Shown one piece after another: positions 40,709 to 49,647 of a stretch of 64,000 nt of DNA. Source of the DNA: an uncultured Porifericola sp. GTDB taxonomy: Bacteria > Bacteroidota > Bacteroidia > Cytophagales > Cyclobacteriaceae. The position numbers and the translations under genes were made by a program. The DNA lies in NCBI GenBank assembly GCA_964518125.1, contig CAZFFW010000001.1:39704-103703 (forward strand), written 5' to 3'. Positions within the stretch are counted from its first letter, which is position 1. The number at the start of each line of letters is the position of its first letter. Below the pieces are notes generated by a model that had not been told where the DNA came from, did not search any database, and saw nothing but the letters and a program-made list of their open reading frames with translations.

Positions 40709-41224
40709 ATGATATTATCAGGTAAAGAAATAGAAAAACTGATCGGTACCGAATTATTTATTGATCCGTTTTCCCCCGAACAAATTAACCCCAATAGCTA
40801 CAATCTCCGACTACATAACGAACTCCTGGTTTATCAGGATCGTGAACTGGATATGAAGAAGGATAATCCGGTAAAAAAGATAATGATACCGGAAGATGGA
40901 TACGTACTTGAGCCCGGCACGCTTTATTTGGGAAGAACTGTTGAAACTATCAAAGCCGAACATCATGTTCCTAAACTGGAAGGGCGTTCCTCCATTGGCC
41001 GTCTGGGCATTATGGTGCACCTGACCGCCGGTCTGGGTAACATAGGTTCAAGAGGACACTGGACATTGGAACTAGCCTGTATACAGCCGGTTAGGATTTA
41101 TCCGAATGTAGGTATATGTCAGATTTACTTTGAGGATATCAAAGGAGAATTTGACTTTTATAAAAGCAAGAAGTACCACCATGAGGATATTCAGCCTAGC
41201 TTGATCTTTCATGAATTGCAATAG
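40709..41224 (+). CDS. dcd: dCTP deaminase
   Basis: 171 aa with NPNSYNLRL, GRSSIGRLG and WTLEL motifs. Confidence 0.8.
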   Translation: MILSGKEIEKLIGTELFIDPFSPEQINPNSYNLRLHNELLVYQDRELDMKKDNPVKKIMIPEDGYVLEPGTLYLGRTVETIKAEHHVPKLEGRSSIGRLGIMVHLTAGLGNIGSRGHWTLELACIQPVRIYPNVGICQIYFEDIKGEFDFYKSKKYHHEDIQPSLIFHELQ

Positions 41225-41485
41225 ATGATTGCCAGAATTCTCCGTGCCATAGCCCTGGGGCTTATCCGTTTTTACCAGTTCAGCATCTCACCCATGCTGG
41301 GCAATCACTGTCGGCATAGCCCTAGTTGTTCACAGTATACAGCGCAAGCGATACAGGAATGGGGTCTGGTGAGAGGCATAAGTTTGGGGTTCAGACGAAT
41401 TGGCCGGTGTCACCCCTGGGGTACATCAGGTTACGACCCTGTACCCAGAAAGGAAGACAATGAAAAAGAAAACCATAGCTGTTGA
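41225..41485 (+). CDS. yidD: membrane protein insertion efficiency factor YidD
   Basis: 86 aa with LIRFYQFSISP...CRHSPSCSQY...RCHPW. It starts directly after the dcd stop. Confidence 0.85.
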   Translation: MIARILRAIALGLIRFYQFSISPMLGNHCRHSPSCSQYTAQAIQEWGLVRGISLGFRRIGRCHPWGTSGYDPVPRKEDNEKENHSC

Positions 41486-41834
41486 TTTTGACGGAGTGCT
41501 TCATCAGTATTCTCAGGGATGGAAAAAGGGAGAAATTTATGATCTGCCTGTGGAGGGAAGCCGTGAGGCAATGCATCGTCTCAAAGAACGGGGATTTACC
41601 ATTTTTATCTATTCTACCCGTGCCAATAAGCTTTACCACAAAGAAGATTACCTTTTTCAGCAAAAATCAATGAAAGAGTGGCTGGATAAATATGACATTC
41701 CTTTTGATAATATCTGGACATTCGGAAAGCCTATGGCTGACATTTATCTGGATGACCGGGCGATTACCTTTAGAGGTAACTGGGATGAAGCCTTAGAAGA
41801 AATTGATAGTTTCCAGGTTTGGAACAGAAAATAA
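41460..41834 (+). CDS. small HAD-like hydrolase (hypothetical)
   Basis: 124 aa from the internal Met MKKKTIAVDFDGVLH (DxD HAD motif I), with a later YLDDR. It overlaps the yidD 3' end by 26 nt in another frame. Confidence 0.5.
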   Translation: MKKKTIAVDFDGVLHQYSQGWKKGEIYDLPVEGSREAMHRLKERGFTIFIYSTRANKLYHKEDYLFQQKSMKEWLDKYDIPFDNIWTFGKPMADIYLDDRAITFRGNWDEALEEIDSFQVWNRK

Positions 41835-41849
41835 GCAAAACTGATTGCC

Positions 41850-42317
41850 ATGAGCAATGACGAAAAGTACATGCAGCAGACATTTGAACTAGCCAGAAAA
41901 GGTGCCGGAAAAGTAAGCCCTAATCCTCTGGTAGGTTGCCTGATTGTGAGGAATGATGAGGTAATTGGCAAAGGATGGCACCAGGAGTATGGCAAAGCAC
42001 ACGCAGAAAGAAATGCAGTAGATGATGTTGCTGACAAAAGTTTGTTGGAAGGAAGCATAGTTTATGTAAATTTGGAACCCTGTTCTCATTACGGAAAAAC
42101 ACCGCCCTGCTGTGATCTGTTGGTAAACAGCAAGGTAAGCAAAGTCGTCATTGCCAATGTAGATCCTAATCCTCTGGTAAACGGAAGAGGCATAAGAAGA
42201 ATGAAGGAAGCCGGCATAGAAGTAGTCAGCGGTGTGCTCGAAAAACAGGGAAGGATACTCAATAAAGAATTTTTCCAGAGAATGGAACAAGGAAAAAAAA
42301 TAGAAACTGTTAACTGA
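41850..42317 (+). CDS. RibD-type pyrimidine deaminase domain only (no reductase domain)
   Basis: 155 aa with SPNPLVGC, HAERNA and LEPCSHYGKTPPC, the RibD N-terminal domain signature. The ORF ends about where the reductase domain would begin. Confidence 0.75.
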   Translation: MSNDEKYMQQTFELARKGAGKVSPNPLVGCLIVRNDEVIGKGWHQEYGKAHAERNAVDDVADKSLLEGSIVYVNLEPCSHYGKTPPCCDLLVNSKVSKVVIANVDPNPLVNGRGIRRMKEAGIEVVSGVLEKQGRILNKEFFQRMEQGKKIETVN

Positions 42318-42325
42318 TACGCATA

Positions 42326-43390
42326 ATGTTACTGCACAACAGGATAGACAGCAGAATTTTAAAACAACAAATGGAAAAAAGCCAGGAAGAGCGGCTCACG
42401 CTTTCCTTTTATGCTTACGCACACATTACTTCTCCTGAGGAGTTCAGAGATCATCTCTATGCTTCCTGGTTGGAGTTTAACATCCTGGGTAGGGTCTATG
42501 TATCAAAAGAAGGCATTAATGCCCAGATAAGCGTTCCTAAAGACTTGTTTGAGTCTTTTAAAGACCAACTTGATACGATTGAGTTTTTGCGAGGCATCCG
42601 CCTGAATGTAGCTGTTGAAGATGATGGCAAATCCTTTTTCAAACTTAAAATTAAAGTAAGAGAAAAAATTGTCGCAGATGGCCTCAACGATGCCGCATTT
42701 GATGTAACCAAAAGAGGTAAGCATATCAGTGCGGAAGAGTTCAACCGCCTAACTGATGACGCCAACACCATTGTTGTGGACATGCGAAACCACTACGAGA
42801 GTGAGGTCGGACATTTTGAAAATGCCATATTACCTGATGCCGATACTTTTAGGGATGCACTACCAATAGTTAAAGAAACGCTGACCCCCTACAAAGACCG
42901 TACTATCATCATGTACTGTACCGGAGGTATCAGATGTGAAAAAGCCAGCGCTTACTTTAAGCACCTGGGCTTTGAGCATGTACACCAGTTGGAAGGTGGG
43001 ATTATCAAGTATGCTCGCGATATCAAGGCTAAAGGACTGCCCAATAAATTCAAAGGCAAGAACTTTGTCTTTGACGAAAGACTTGGCGAAAGGATTTCTG
43101 ATGAAGTCATCAGCCAGTGTCACCAATGCGGTAAAGCCTGCGACACGCATGTTAATTGTGCAAACGATGCCTGTCACCTCCTCTTTATCCAGTGTGAAGA
43201 ATGTGCGGCAAAACATGAAGGTTGTTGCTCTGATGAATGTAACTCCTTTATTCATTTACCAGAAGAGGAACAAAAGTCCCTCAGGAAAAAGTACCAGCAG
43301 AAAAGAAATGTCTTCAAAAAAGGGCGTGCAGATCATCTGAAAGAACACTGGCTGAAGGGAGCCGAATTAGCCATCAGAAGAGACTCGTAA
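42326..43390 (+). CDS. trhO: rhodanese-domain tRNA U34 hydroxylase TrhO (UPF0176/YceA)
   Basis: 354 aa. The layout is UPF0176 N-terminal domain, rhodanese loop (YCTGGIRCEKA), then a Cys-rich tail. Confidence 0.8.
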   Translation: MLLHNRIDSRILKQQMEKSQEERLTLSFYAYAHITSPEEFRDHLYASWLEFNILGRVYVSKEGINAQISVPKDLFESFKDQLDTIEFLRGIRLNVAVEDDGKSFFKLKIKVREKIVADGLNDAAFDVTKRGKHISAEEFNRLTDDANTIVVDMRNHYESEVGHFENAILPDADTFRDALPIVKETLTPYKDRTIIMYCTGGIRCEKASAYFKHLGFEHVHQLEGGIIKYARDIKAKGLPNKFKGKNFVFDERLGERISDEVISQCHQCGKACDTHVNCANDACHLLFIQCEECAAKHEGCCSDECNSFIHLPEEEQKSLRKKYQQKRNVFKKGRADHLKEHWLKGAELAIRRDS

Positions 43391-43409
43391 GCACGAGTCT
43401 TTTTTTTTA
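43381..43409 (+). terminator. rho-independent terminator of trhO
   Basis: agactcgt-aagc-acgagtct is followed by T9. It overlaps the stop codon. Confidence 0.75.
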
Positions 43410-44357
43410 TAGCAGATCCAGGGCTATATCCTTCAGTAACTCATGCCCCCCTTCAAAAATAGTGACACTCACATTATGAGCTCCTTTAAAATAATGGATT
43501 TTACGGTCACCAAGCGTACCGAACTGATTTGCGGGGTAAGATCTTTTACTCAAAAGGTAGATCATATCTTCTTCCGACACATATTGATTTTCATCTCTGA
43601 CGCCGAGACTCTCCATTACCTTATTATAAAACAAAAGTGATTGGGTCACCGGCACTGAACCGGTATATCCATCATGTACACCCGCATACAGATGAAGGCT
43701 TGAGGTAAGCAGTTTCCTGACCGGTACATTCCAGTAATAAGGAGATCTGTTTTTTGCTTCTTCCACATCCAGTGTACTATCCTGAGAAGCGGTACAGGCC
43801 AGTATATCCAGGGCATATTTCTGATCGCGGGAAAGGGACTCTTCATACCATGCAGCAAGGTCGGTGATGGGTACAAAGGCATGAAAACCTCTGATCTTAT
43901 GCCTTGATTTCATAAATGTGCAAATAGCAGCATAGCCACCACCACTGGTTCCAATCACAAAAATGCTATCCTGGTCTACCTGTAGGTTACTTTGAGCCCA
44001 GGTGATTACCTGATCAATATCCGACATAGCCAGGCTGCTACAGCAGGCATCCGGATGATTATTGGCTCCTCTAAAGTCAGGGTGAAGGTAGTTCCATTTG
44101 CGCGCTTTTACTTCATGTGCCAGGCTGTTTTCCTGCTGATGATAGTCAGCGCTCCACGTATGCAGCACAACCACCAATGGTTTTGGTGTCTCCGCTTCAG
44201 CGCTGCTGTAATAAAAATGCTGGAATGCACCGTCAATTTCAGAACGGATGCTATCCTCAGTGAAATCATTCCAGAAGGATTTTTCCTGGGCAAGAAGTGA
44301 AAAACTTCCCATAAAAAATATGAAAAACAGGATGTTCTTAAACCTCATAAAAACCAT
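43407..44357 (-). CDS. secreted alpha/beta hydrolase (S9/esterase-like)
   Basis: 316 aa with a signal peptide and the nucleophile elbow GTSGGG. It overlaps the upstream glycosyltransferase gene by 20 nt. Confidence 0.7.
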   Translation of the reverse strand: MVFMRFKNILFFIFFMGSFSLLAQEKSFWNDFTEDSIRSEIDGAFQHFYYSSAEAETPKPLVVVLHTWSADYHQQENSLAHEVKARKWNYLHPDFRGANNHPDACCSSLAMSDIDQVITWAQSNLQVDQDSIFVIGTSGGGYAAICTFMKSRHKIRGFHAFVPITDLAAWYEESLSRDQKYALDILACTASQDSTLDVEEAKNRSPYYWNVPVRKLLTSSLHLYAGVHDGYTGSVPVTQSLLFYNKVMESLGVRDENQYVSEEDMIYLLSKRSYPANQFGTLGDRKIHYFKGAHNVSVTIFEGGHELLKDIALDLL

Positions 44358-45831
44358 TTCTTTTCTTTGCGATTAGCTCTTTAAATAGCCTTCCCCAGTT
44401 GAGTACCTGGGTAAATACCAGAAAATGATCAATTACCCTTTTCTGCGCCCTGAAGCCCATTTCCTCTACCAGTTTAGGCTCCCCCAGTAGATACGCCAGC
44501 GCCTTAGCCAGTTCTTCCTGGTCGTCGGGATGCCGGATGATCAGCCCGTCCATTTCGTTTCTTACCTGGTACCTAAGTCCGCAGGCATTACTGGCAACGA
44601 TAGGTGTCGTTTTCCACATACCTTCGGTTGCAGTCAAGCCAAAGCCCTCCTGCAGTGAGTTCTGACAGATGAAATATGAACTTCTTTGTATTGCATTAAC
44701 GATTAGTGCATTTTCCTTGACAGACTGCATAGGAAGTTTGCAAATGATGATGTCTTCCTTAAGTTCGTCAGGCAAGGATTGATAGAAATTGGTTAGCTCA
44801 GACAATACCTCCAGTCCTTCAGGATCATCACTTACGTAATCAGGATCTGGCCCACAGAGCATCAGCCTGGCATATTTGACCCTGCATCTGGCCTGCGGAT
44901 GATCTTTACAAAGCTCTTCCGCATGCCTTTTCATATAGACAAATGCCTGCATCAGCGGATGAAAGCCCTTCAGCCTGTCCCAACGGGATACCTGGGAGAT
45001 AATAGGTCTGAAAAGTAATCCTACATCTCCTGCATCTTTAGCTTCTACAAAGCGGCCAACGGGGGTGTATATTTTAGCCTGATGATCAAAATCTTCCGTT
45101 ACTTTGGGATGGGAAGAATGTGCCAGTCCCGCATTAGATAAGATTCCACTAAGCTTATGAACGGAAAGTTCTCTGTTTTTATGGGTAAGGGGATCAATAC
45201 CCGGATGTATGATACTGACATTACCACTGAGGTATTCTGGTATGTATTCGGGCGCTGAAAACACGAAGTGGTCATAGTCCTGCAGATAGGGCTTAAGGAA
45301 ATCCCACGCCAGTTGTGTTTTATGGTTATTCCGGTCTAATCCTATATGACAACGCCAGATAGTATGAAAATCAGCTTTTTCCTGCAAAAAGCGGATCATA
45401 GCGGCAGGTTGAGGGTCATGCACCACTACGATATCACCGGGCTTGATGAAGTCTTGTAGTTGTGCCGCATTTTCACGGTTTACCTGTTCGTACAGGTTCC
45501 GCTCTTCGTCAGAAATACTGGCCTCCCCGGCCCCGTGAATAAGGTTGTGAATTTTTTTGGTGAAGGCAAAAAATTCAGCTTTATCCGACTCAAGCACCAG
45601 CCATTCAGCTTGAATACCCACCTGCCTCAATAAACTAACAAGGCGGGGAAGCATTTCAGCTACTCCCCCGCCCTGTTCAGTGGAATTGATCATCCAAACC
45701 TTCTTGTCCAGTAAATTCTTTTTTAGTGCTTCAGTCTCATTCTGAAAATTGACTATGGTTGGAAGTAATGCAGCATATGTTGTGTAATCTTTGATTAGCG
45801 TACCTTCCTTGATAGCAGTAATCTGTCGCAT
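44338..45831 (-). CDS. GT4 glycosyltransferase, trehalose-synthase (TreT)-like
   Basis: 497 aa. VWMINSTEQGGGVAEMLPRLVSLLRQVGI resembles the TreT-type N-terminus as I recall it. The C-terminus has a GT-B E-x7-E region (QEGFGLTATEGMWK). Substrate is not determinable. Confidence 0.65.
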   Translation of the reverse strand: MRQITAIKEGTLIKDYTTYAALLPTIVNFQNETEALKKNLLDKKVWMINSTEQGGGVAEMLPRLVSLLRQVGIQAEWLVLESDKAEFFAFTKKIHNLIHGAGEASISDEERNLYEQVNRENAAQLQDFIKPGDIVVVHDPQPAAMIRFLQEKADFHTIWRCHIGLDRNNHKTQLAWDFLKPYLQDYDHFVFSAPEYIPEYLSGNVSIIHPGIDPLTHKNRELSVHKLSGILSNAGLAHSSHPKVTEDFDHQAKIYTPVGRFVEAKDAGDVGLLFRPIISQVSRWDRLKGFHPLMQAFVYMKRHAEELCKDHPQARCRVKYARLMLCGPDPDYVSDDPEGLEVLSELTNFYQSLPDELKEDIIICKLPMQSVKENALIVNAIQRSSYFICQNSLQEGFGLTATEGMWKTTPIVASNACGLRYQVRNEMDGLIIRHPDDQEELAKALAYLLGEPKLVEEMGFRAQKRVIDHFLVFTQVLNWGRLFKELIAKKRNGFYEV

Positions 45832-45902
45832 AAACTTATCGTTTGGTTGTTTGGTTTATGCGCAAAATATAGTCAATTCTCAGTAGAGTTTGAACCTGCG
45901 TA

Positions 45903-46400
45903 TTAAGACAGCCATATACTGGTATCCAAAGTATTGGATTTAAGCGATACGCCTTCTGCCTCAAGGTAAATACGTAAGTCATCAGGCAGAAACAGAAGCT
46001 CTTTTTTCAGATCCTGGTTAGATACATGCAGTCCAATGACTTTGAAAACAGACTTGATAGCTTTTTTGAACACGCTGTTATCCTTGTATCTGTCACTACA
46101 AAGGTCAGGCGCCAGCCTGTGTACTTCATCAATAAAGTCCTGCATGGAATCTATCCGGTCAGGTACATGATCATTGACATTCCAGTCCTTGATGTAAACA
46201 GCCTTAAAGGGAAGTGGTAAGAGATTGAGAAATTTGATAGACTGTTCAAAAGATAATCGGTTTCTGACGGCTCTCAGCACGGCATCAATTGCACTACTGG
46301 CGCAATTGAGATCCTCCGGCTGGCCCATCTGCGATGCTACCTGTAAGACTAGCTCATCCAGGTAAATCACATGCTTGTCGAGCTTGTGGAAAGTTTTCAT
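45903..46400 (-). CDS. DUF2267 domain protein
   Basis: 165 aa from the internal Met MKTFHKL. It has two DUF2267-like halves (ASSAIDAVLRAVRNRL...LPLPFKAVY and AIKSVFKVIGLHVS...LPDDL). Confidence 0.6.
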   Translation of the reverse strand: MKTFHKLDKHVIYLDELVLQVASQMGQPEDLNCASSAIDAVLRAVRNRLSFEQSIKFLNLLPLPFKAVYIKDWNVNDHVPDRIDSMQDFIDEVHRLAPDLCSDRYKDNSVFKKAIKSVFKVIGLHVSNQDLKKELLFLPDDLRIYLEAEGVSLKSNTLDTSIWLS

Positions 46401-46459
46401 GATTACACAATTAAAAATGAATATTAGATTAAACTTAATGCTTATTATCAAAAAATAAC

Positions 46460-46473
46460 ATGATAAAAATCAT
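46460..46473. promoter_or_regulatory. perfect palindrome ATGAT-AAAA-ATCAT in a divergent promoter region (site 1)
   Basis: CATGATAAAAATCATA lies 60 nt from the DUF2267 start and 86 nt from the DUF892 start. The same arms recur at 49560-49573. Confidence 0.5.
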
Positions 46474-46483
46474 AAAAAAAGCT

Positions 46484-46508
46484 GATTTAAACCATATGCT
46501 TTTAAATC
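46484..46508. promoter_or_regulatory. second inverted repeat in the same divergent region
   Basis: GATTTAAA-ccatatgct-TTTAAATC has 8-bp perfect arms. Confidence 0.3.
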
Positions 46509-46558
46509 ATTACTGAATTACCTTAGTACTTATTAAGATAAATAAAATTTTTTGAATT

Positions 46559-47080
46559 ATGAAGACTATCCATAACTATCGGGAGCTTGCCCTAAAGCAA
46601 TTGAGTATTTTGTACTGGTCTGAGCGTCAGTATGCTACGTATCTGAAAGTCTTCAGCCATAAATCACATGTTGCCCAGCTCAAGGTGTTACTTTTTGATA
46701 TCAGCCAGAACGCTGAAGTAAAAGCAGAACTCCTTCAGCAGGCAATGGAAGAGCTGGACTATAAGCCGACTCATACGAGTACCGAAGGCATGAATGGTAT
46801 ATTCAAGGAGGGATTTAAACTGATATCGCAGGATGAACATCCTTCTCTTGTTGATGCGACTATCATCCACTCGCTCATCCTGGCCAGTCATTACAAGCTG
46901 GGCAATTTTAAGACCTTGCTACTATACTTCCGCTCATTAGATTTTCATCCTCAGGCCGAAATGATGGAGCAAATCATTGCACTGGAAGAAAGTGTCCTGC
47001 ATAAACTTAATCAGATGATTAAAGAGGAATTTGTCATGAATGTTTTTAAGCCTCAGCTAAAAACTTCTTTAGCTTATTAA
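46559..47080 (+). CDS. ferritin-like DUF892 (YciE/YciF-like) protein
   Basis: 173 aa with a four-helix-bundle periodicity. It is collinear with my recollection of YciF (L..LY.SE.Q; ASHYKLGNFKTLL; ALEES). The match is divergent. Confidence 0.5.
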   Translation: MKTIHNYRELALKQLSILYWSERQYATYLKVFSHKSHVAQLKVLLFDISQNAEVKAELLQQAMEELDYKPTHTSTEGMNGIFKEGFKLISQDEHPSLVDATIIHSLILASHYKLGNFKTLLLYFRSLDFHPQAEMMEQIIALEESVLHKLNQMIKEEFVMNVFKPQLKTSLAY

Positions 47081-47099
47081 TTTTTAAACCAACAGAGCC

Positions 47100-47948
47100 A
47101 TGAAACCTATTACAAAAATTCTCGCCCCTACCGATTTTTCACCAGCTGCTAATAATGCGCTCAATTATGCAGTGGGTCTGGCAAAAGAAATCGGTGCAAA
47201 ACTGTATGTGCTGCATGCCTACCGTATCCCGGCCGTAGCCGATACTGCTTATCCAATCGGTGGAATGTATCCGGAAGGCATGGTAGATATGGAGGACGTG
47301 CAGAAAGAGATCAATGCTGAAATGGAGAAGATCAAAACAGATTATCTATACAGCCCGGATCTGAAATTTGAAACTATCACCGAGTCTGGTTTTGCTCAGG
47401 AAAGTATCTTGGAATATGTTGATAAACTGGATATAGACCTGATAGTGATGGGAACCAGAGGCAGCAATGCCTTACAGGAACTCTTTGGCAGTACTACTTC
47501 CCATATCATTAACAATACCAAGGTACCTATATTGGTTATTCCCCGGGAGGTCAGCTTTGAAAAGGTTGACAATATTGTACTGGCCACTGACTACAAAAAG
47601 AGCCACAAACCTGAAACTTATGATATGCTGCTGACCATGGTGGATATCTTCCATGCTGATGTGGATGTGTTACACGTAAGACAGGAAGTTTCCAAAATGT
47701 CTGGTGACGAGCTTGATGCAGGAGAAGAACTGGACCGAATCCTGAAAAAAACCCGCCACTCTTACCACTATAACCTGGAGAACGAAAATGTGAATGAGGG
47801 TATCGAAAAGTTTTTACAGGATCACCAATCCAGTATGCTAGCCATGGTACCCAGAAAGCACAGCCTGATTGACCGGCTGATCCATGGCAGCAAAACACAA
47901 CATATGATTTTCCATACTCAGAAACCTTTGCTGGTTCTGAAAGACTAA
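47100..47948 (+). CDS. tandem universal stress protein (2x UspA domain)
   Basis: 282 aa with two Usp halves, each ending in a G-x2-G-x9-G(S/T)-like motif (VMGTRGSNALQELFGSTTSHII; VPRKHSLIDRLIHGSKTQHMI). Confidence 0.85.
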   Translation: MKPITKILAPTDFSPAANNALNYAVGLAKEIGAKLYVLHAYRIPAVADTAYPIGGMYPEGMVDMEDVQKEINAEMEKIKTDYLYSPDLKFETITESGFAQESILEYVDKLDIDLIVMGTRGSNALQELFGSTTSHIINNTKVPILVIPREVSFEKVDNIVLATDYKKSHKPETYDMLLTMVDIFHADVDVLHVRQEVSKMSGDELDAGEELDRILKKTRHSYHYNLENENVNEGIEKFLQDHQSSMLAMVPRKHSLIDRLIHGSKTQHMIFHTQKPLLVLKD

Positions 47949-47970
47949 TATTTGCTTACACAGTGAAAAG

Positions 47971-47997
47971 AGTGGTACTCATGGTATCACTTTTTTT
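47971..47997 (+). terminator. terminator after the USP gene
   Basis: agtggtac-tcatg-gtatcact (8 bp, one G:U pair) is followed by a T-run. It overlaps the stop of the convergent gene. Confidence 0.55.
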
Positions 47998-49021
47998 ATG
48001 CCAGCTTCTGGAGATATTTCCCCACCAGATCCAGGTATTTTCTGACATCCGCCATTTGTTTTTCCTGATCTTTTCCTTGCTGATGCCTCGCCCCGATCAT
48101 CAGGACTTTGGCTTTTACTGAAGCACGGTACATTTTGAAATACAGCAGTAGCGCCTCATCTGCAACATCTTGCAGACCTGCTTTATCCAGGATACTGAGA
48201 TAGTGGCTAAGGAACTGATCACCCAGTTCGGATGCTTCATAAAAATCCAGGTCCATCAGAAAAAAAGCTATTTCATTCAACAGGTCAATCTGCCTGAGAT
48301 CATCATCAAACTCTATACAATCAAAAATAACCGGAGGGTCTGTCAAAAAAATATTATGGCTGTGCAAATCCCCATGTACATCCCTGACATACCCCTGCTG
48401 GCTTCTGCGGTTTAATGCTGCTATGTTTTTCCTCAAAAAATCGTCAGACAGACCGCATGAATTTTCTATTATCTTACCATACGCCTCACCCAGTTTACCG
48501 GATGCATACTCCTGAAAGTCGCCTATCTGGTTAAAAGTATCCTGCAGATGTGCCAGTTTCCATTCTTTGGCGATGGAAAAAGTTCTCAAATGAAACATAG
48601 CGATAATCTCGGCCAGTTTGATGATGTCCTTTTGCTGAAGCTCCTTTTTGAGGAGCATTCTGTCCATCTCCAGATCGTTATTGATCCGTTGCATCCTTAC
48701 CGCAAAATCTATGGTTACTCCCTGGCTCCCGCCAATGCTGATCCTGCTACCATCGGACTTCACTGATTGTACATCCAGGTAAATCATTGGCGCAAGTCTT
48801 TTGTTGAGCAGTAGCTCCTGACTGCAGGCATGCTTTCTTTTGTCCAGGTCGGTGAAGTCCAGAAAGGGAAGTTTGACACTTTTTTTCACCTTAAATACTT
48901 CATCTCTAAGCAAAAAAAGGTAAGATATATGCGTCTCCACTACTTCCAGTTCATCATCTTCCATTTTTTTTGAGCCAAAAGCAGGGTGTAAACGAAACTG
49001 TTCAAATTCTTTTTCAGTCAT
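47996..49021 (-). CDS. aminoglycoside-phosphotransferase-like (APH/protein-kinase fold) protein
   Basis: 341 aa. ETHISYLFLLRDEVFKVKK and VHGDLHSHNIF...CIEFDD (HxDxxxxN...D kinase catalytic loop). Confidence 0.7.
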   Translation of the reverse strand: MTEKEFEQFRLHPAFGSKKMEDDELEVVETHISYLFLLRDEVFKVKKSVKLPFLDFTDLDKRKHACSQELLLNKRLAPMIYLDVQSVKSDGSRISIGGSQGVTIDFAVRMQRINNDLEMDRMLLKKELQQKDIIKLAEIIAMFHLRTFSIAKEWKLAHLQDTFNQIGDFQEYASGKLGEAYGKIIENSCGLSDDFLRKNIAALNRRSQQGYVRDVHGDLHSHNIFLTDPPVIFDCIEFDDDLRQIDLLNEIAFFLMDLDFYEASELGDQFLSHYLSILDKAGLQDVADEALLLYFKMYRASVKAKVLMIGARHQQGKDQEKQMADVRKYLDLVGKYLQKLA

Positions 49022-49508
49022 GGGTTAAATATTCAATGGCCTTTTCAATTAAGGGGCTTATTTCATCGGCCGAGCTATCCAGTTGTAAACGCTCATCCTC
49101 GAATTGCTGATAACTTTTTTTCAGCTTCTCATAAACTTCAACATCAGCTTCTGAGTGTTTCCTGGTTTTGCTGACTCTTTCCCGAATGACTTCTTCACTG
49201 GCGACCATTTCTATGACCTTGAATTTTTGTCCATGTTGACGGGCCAGTTCACGGGCCTCGTTCAGCCAAGCGGCTTTGCTAAAGGTTGCATCCAGCAGTA
49301 CGCCCCTGCCCCTGGCGAAAGCATGTTGAGCCAATTCAAACATTTTATGGTATACCTTTTCTTTGAATTCAGGATTATAATGTCCCTTTAATCCCATACG
49401 CTCGCGAACCTGATCACTACTGATATGCTCCAACTGCAGGGCATCTGATAAATGTTCGCTAAAATATGACTTGCCAGTGCCTGGTAAGCCAAAAATGATC
49501 ACTAGCAT
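49014..49508 (-). CDS. P-loop kinase (AAA_33/zeta-toxin-like NTPase fold)
   Basis: 164 aa with Walker A GLPGTGKS. It overlaps the downstream APH-like gene by 8 nt. Confidence 0.75.
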   Translation of the reverse strand: MLVIIFGLPGTGKSYFSEHLSDALQLEHISSDQVRERMGLKGHYNPEFKEKVYHKMFELAQHAFARGRGVLLDATFSKAAWLNEARELARQHGQKFKVIEMVASEEVIRERVSKTRKHSEADVEVYEKLKKSYQQFEDERLQLDSSADEISPLIEKAIEYLTHD

Positions 49509-49559
49509 AATGCGAGGGTATTTTTGAATGTAAAATATGCTGTATTTACTGCTTTGGCC

Positions 49560-49573
49560 ATGATATTAATCAT
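49560..49573. promoter_or_regulatory. perfect palindrome ATGAT-ATTA-ATCAT in a divergent promoter region (site 2)
   Basis: CATGATATTAATCATT lies 52 nt from the P-loop kinase start and 75 nt from the hsp20 start. The arms are identical to site 1. Confidence 0.5.
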
Positions 49574-49647
49574 TCTGTCAGCTGAGTTTGCTCATATTTT
49601 GTTGTTAAACAAAGTAATAACTTTAAAACAACAAAAATTCAAACGCT

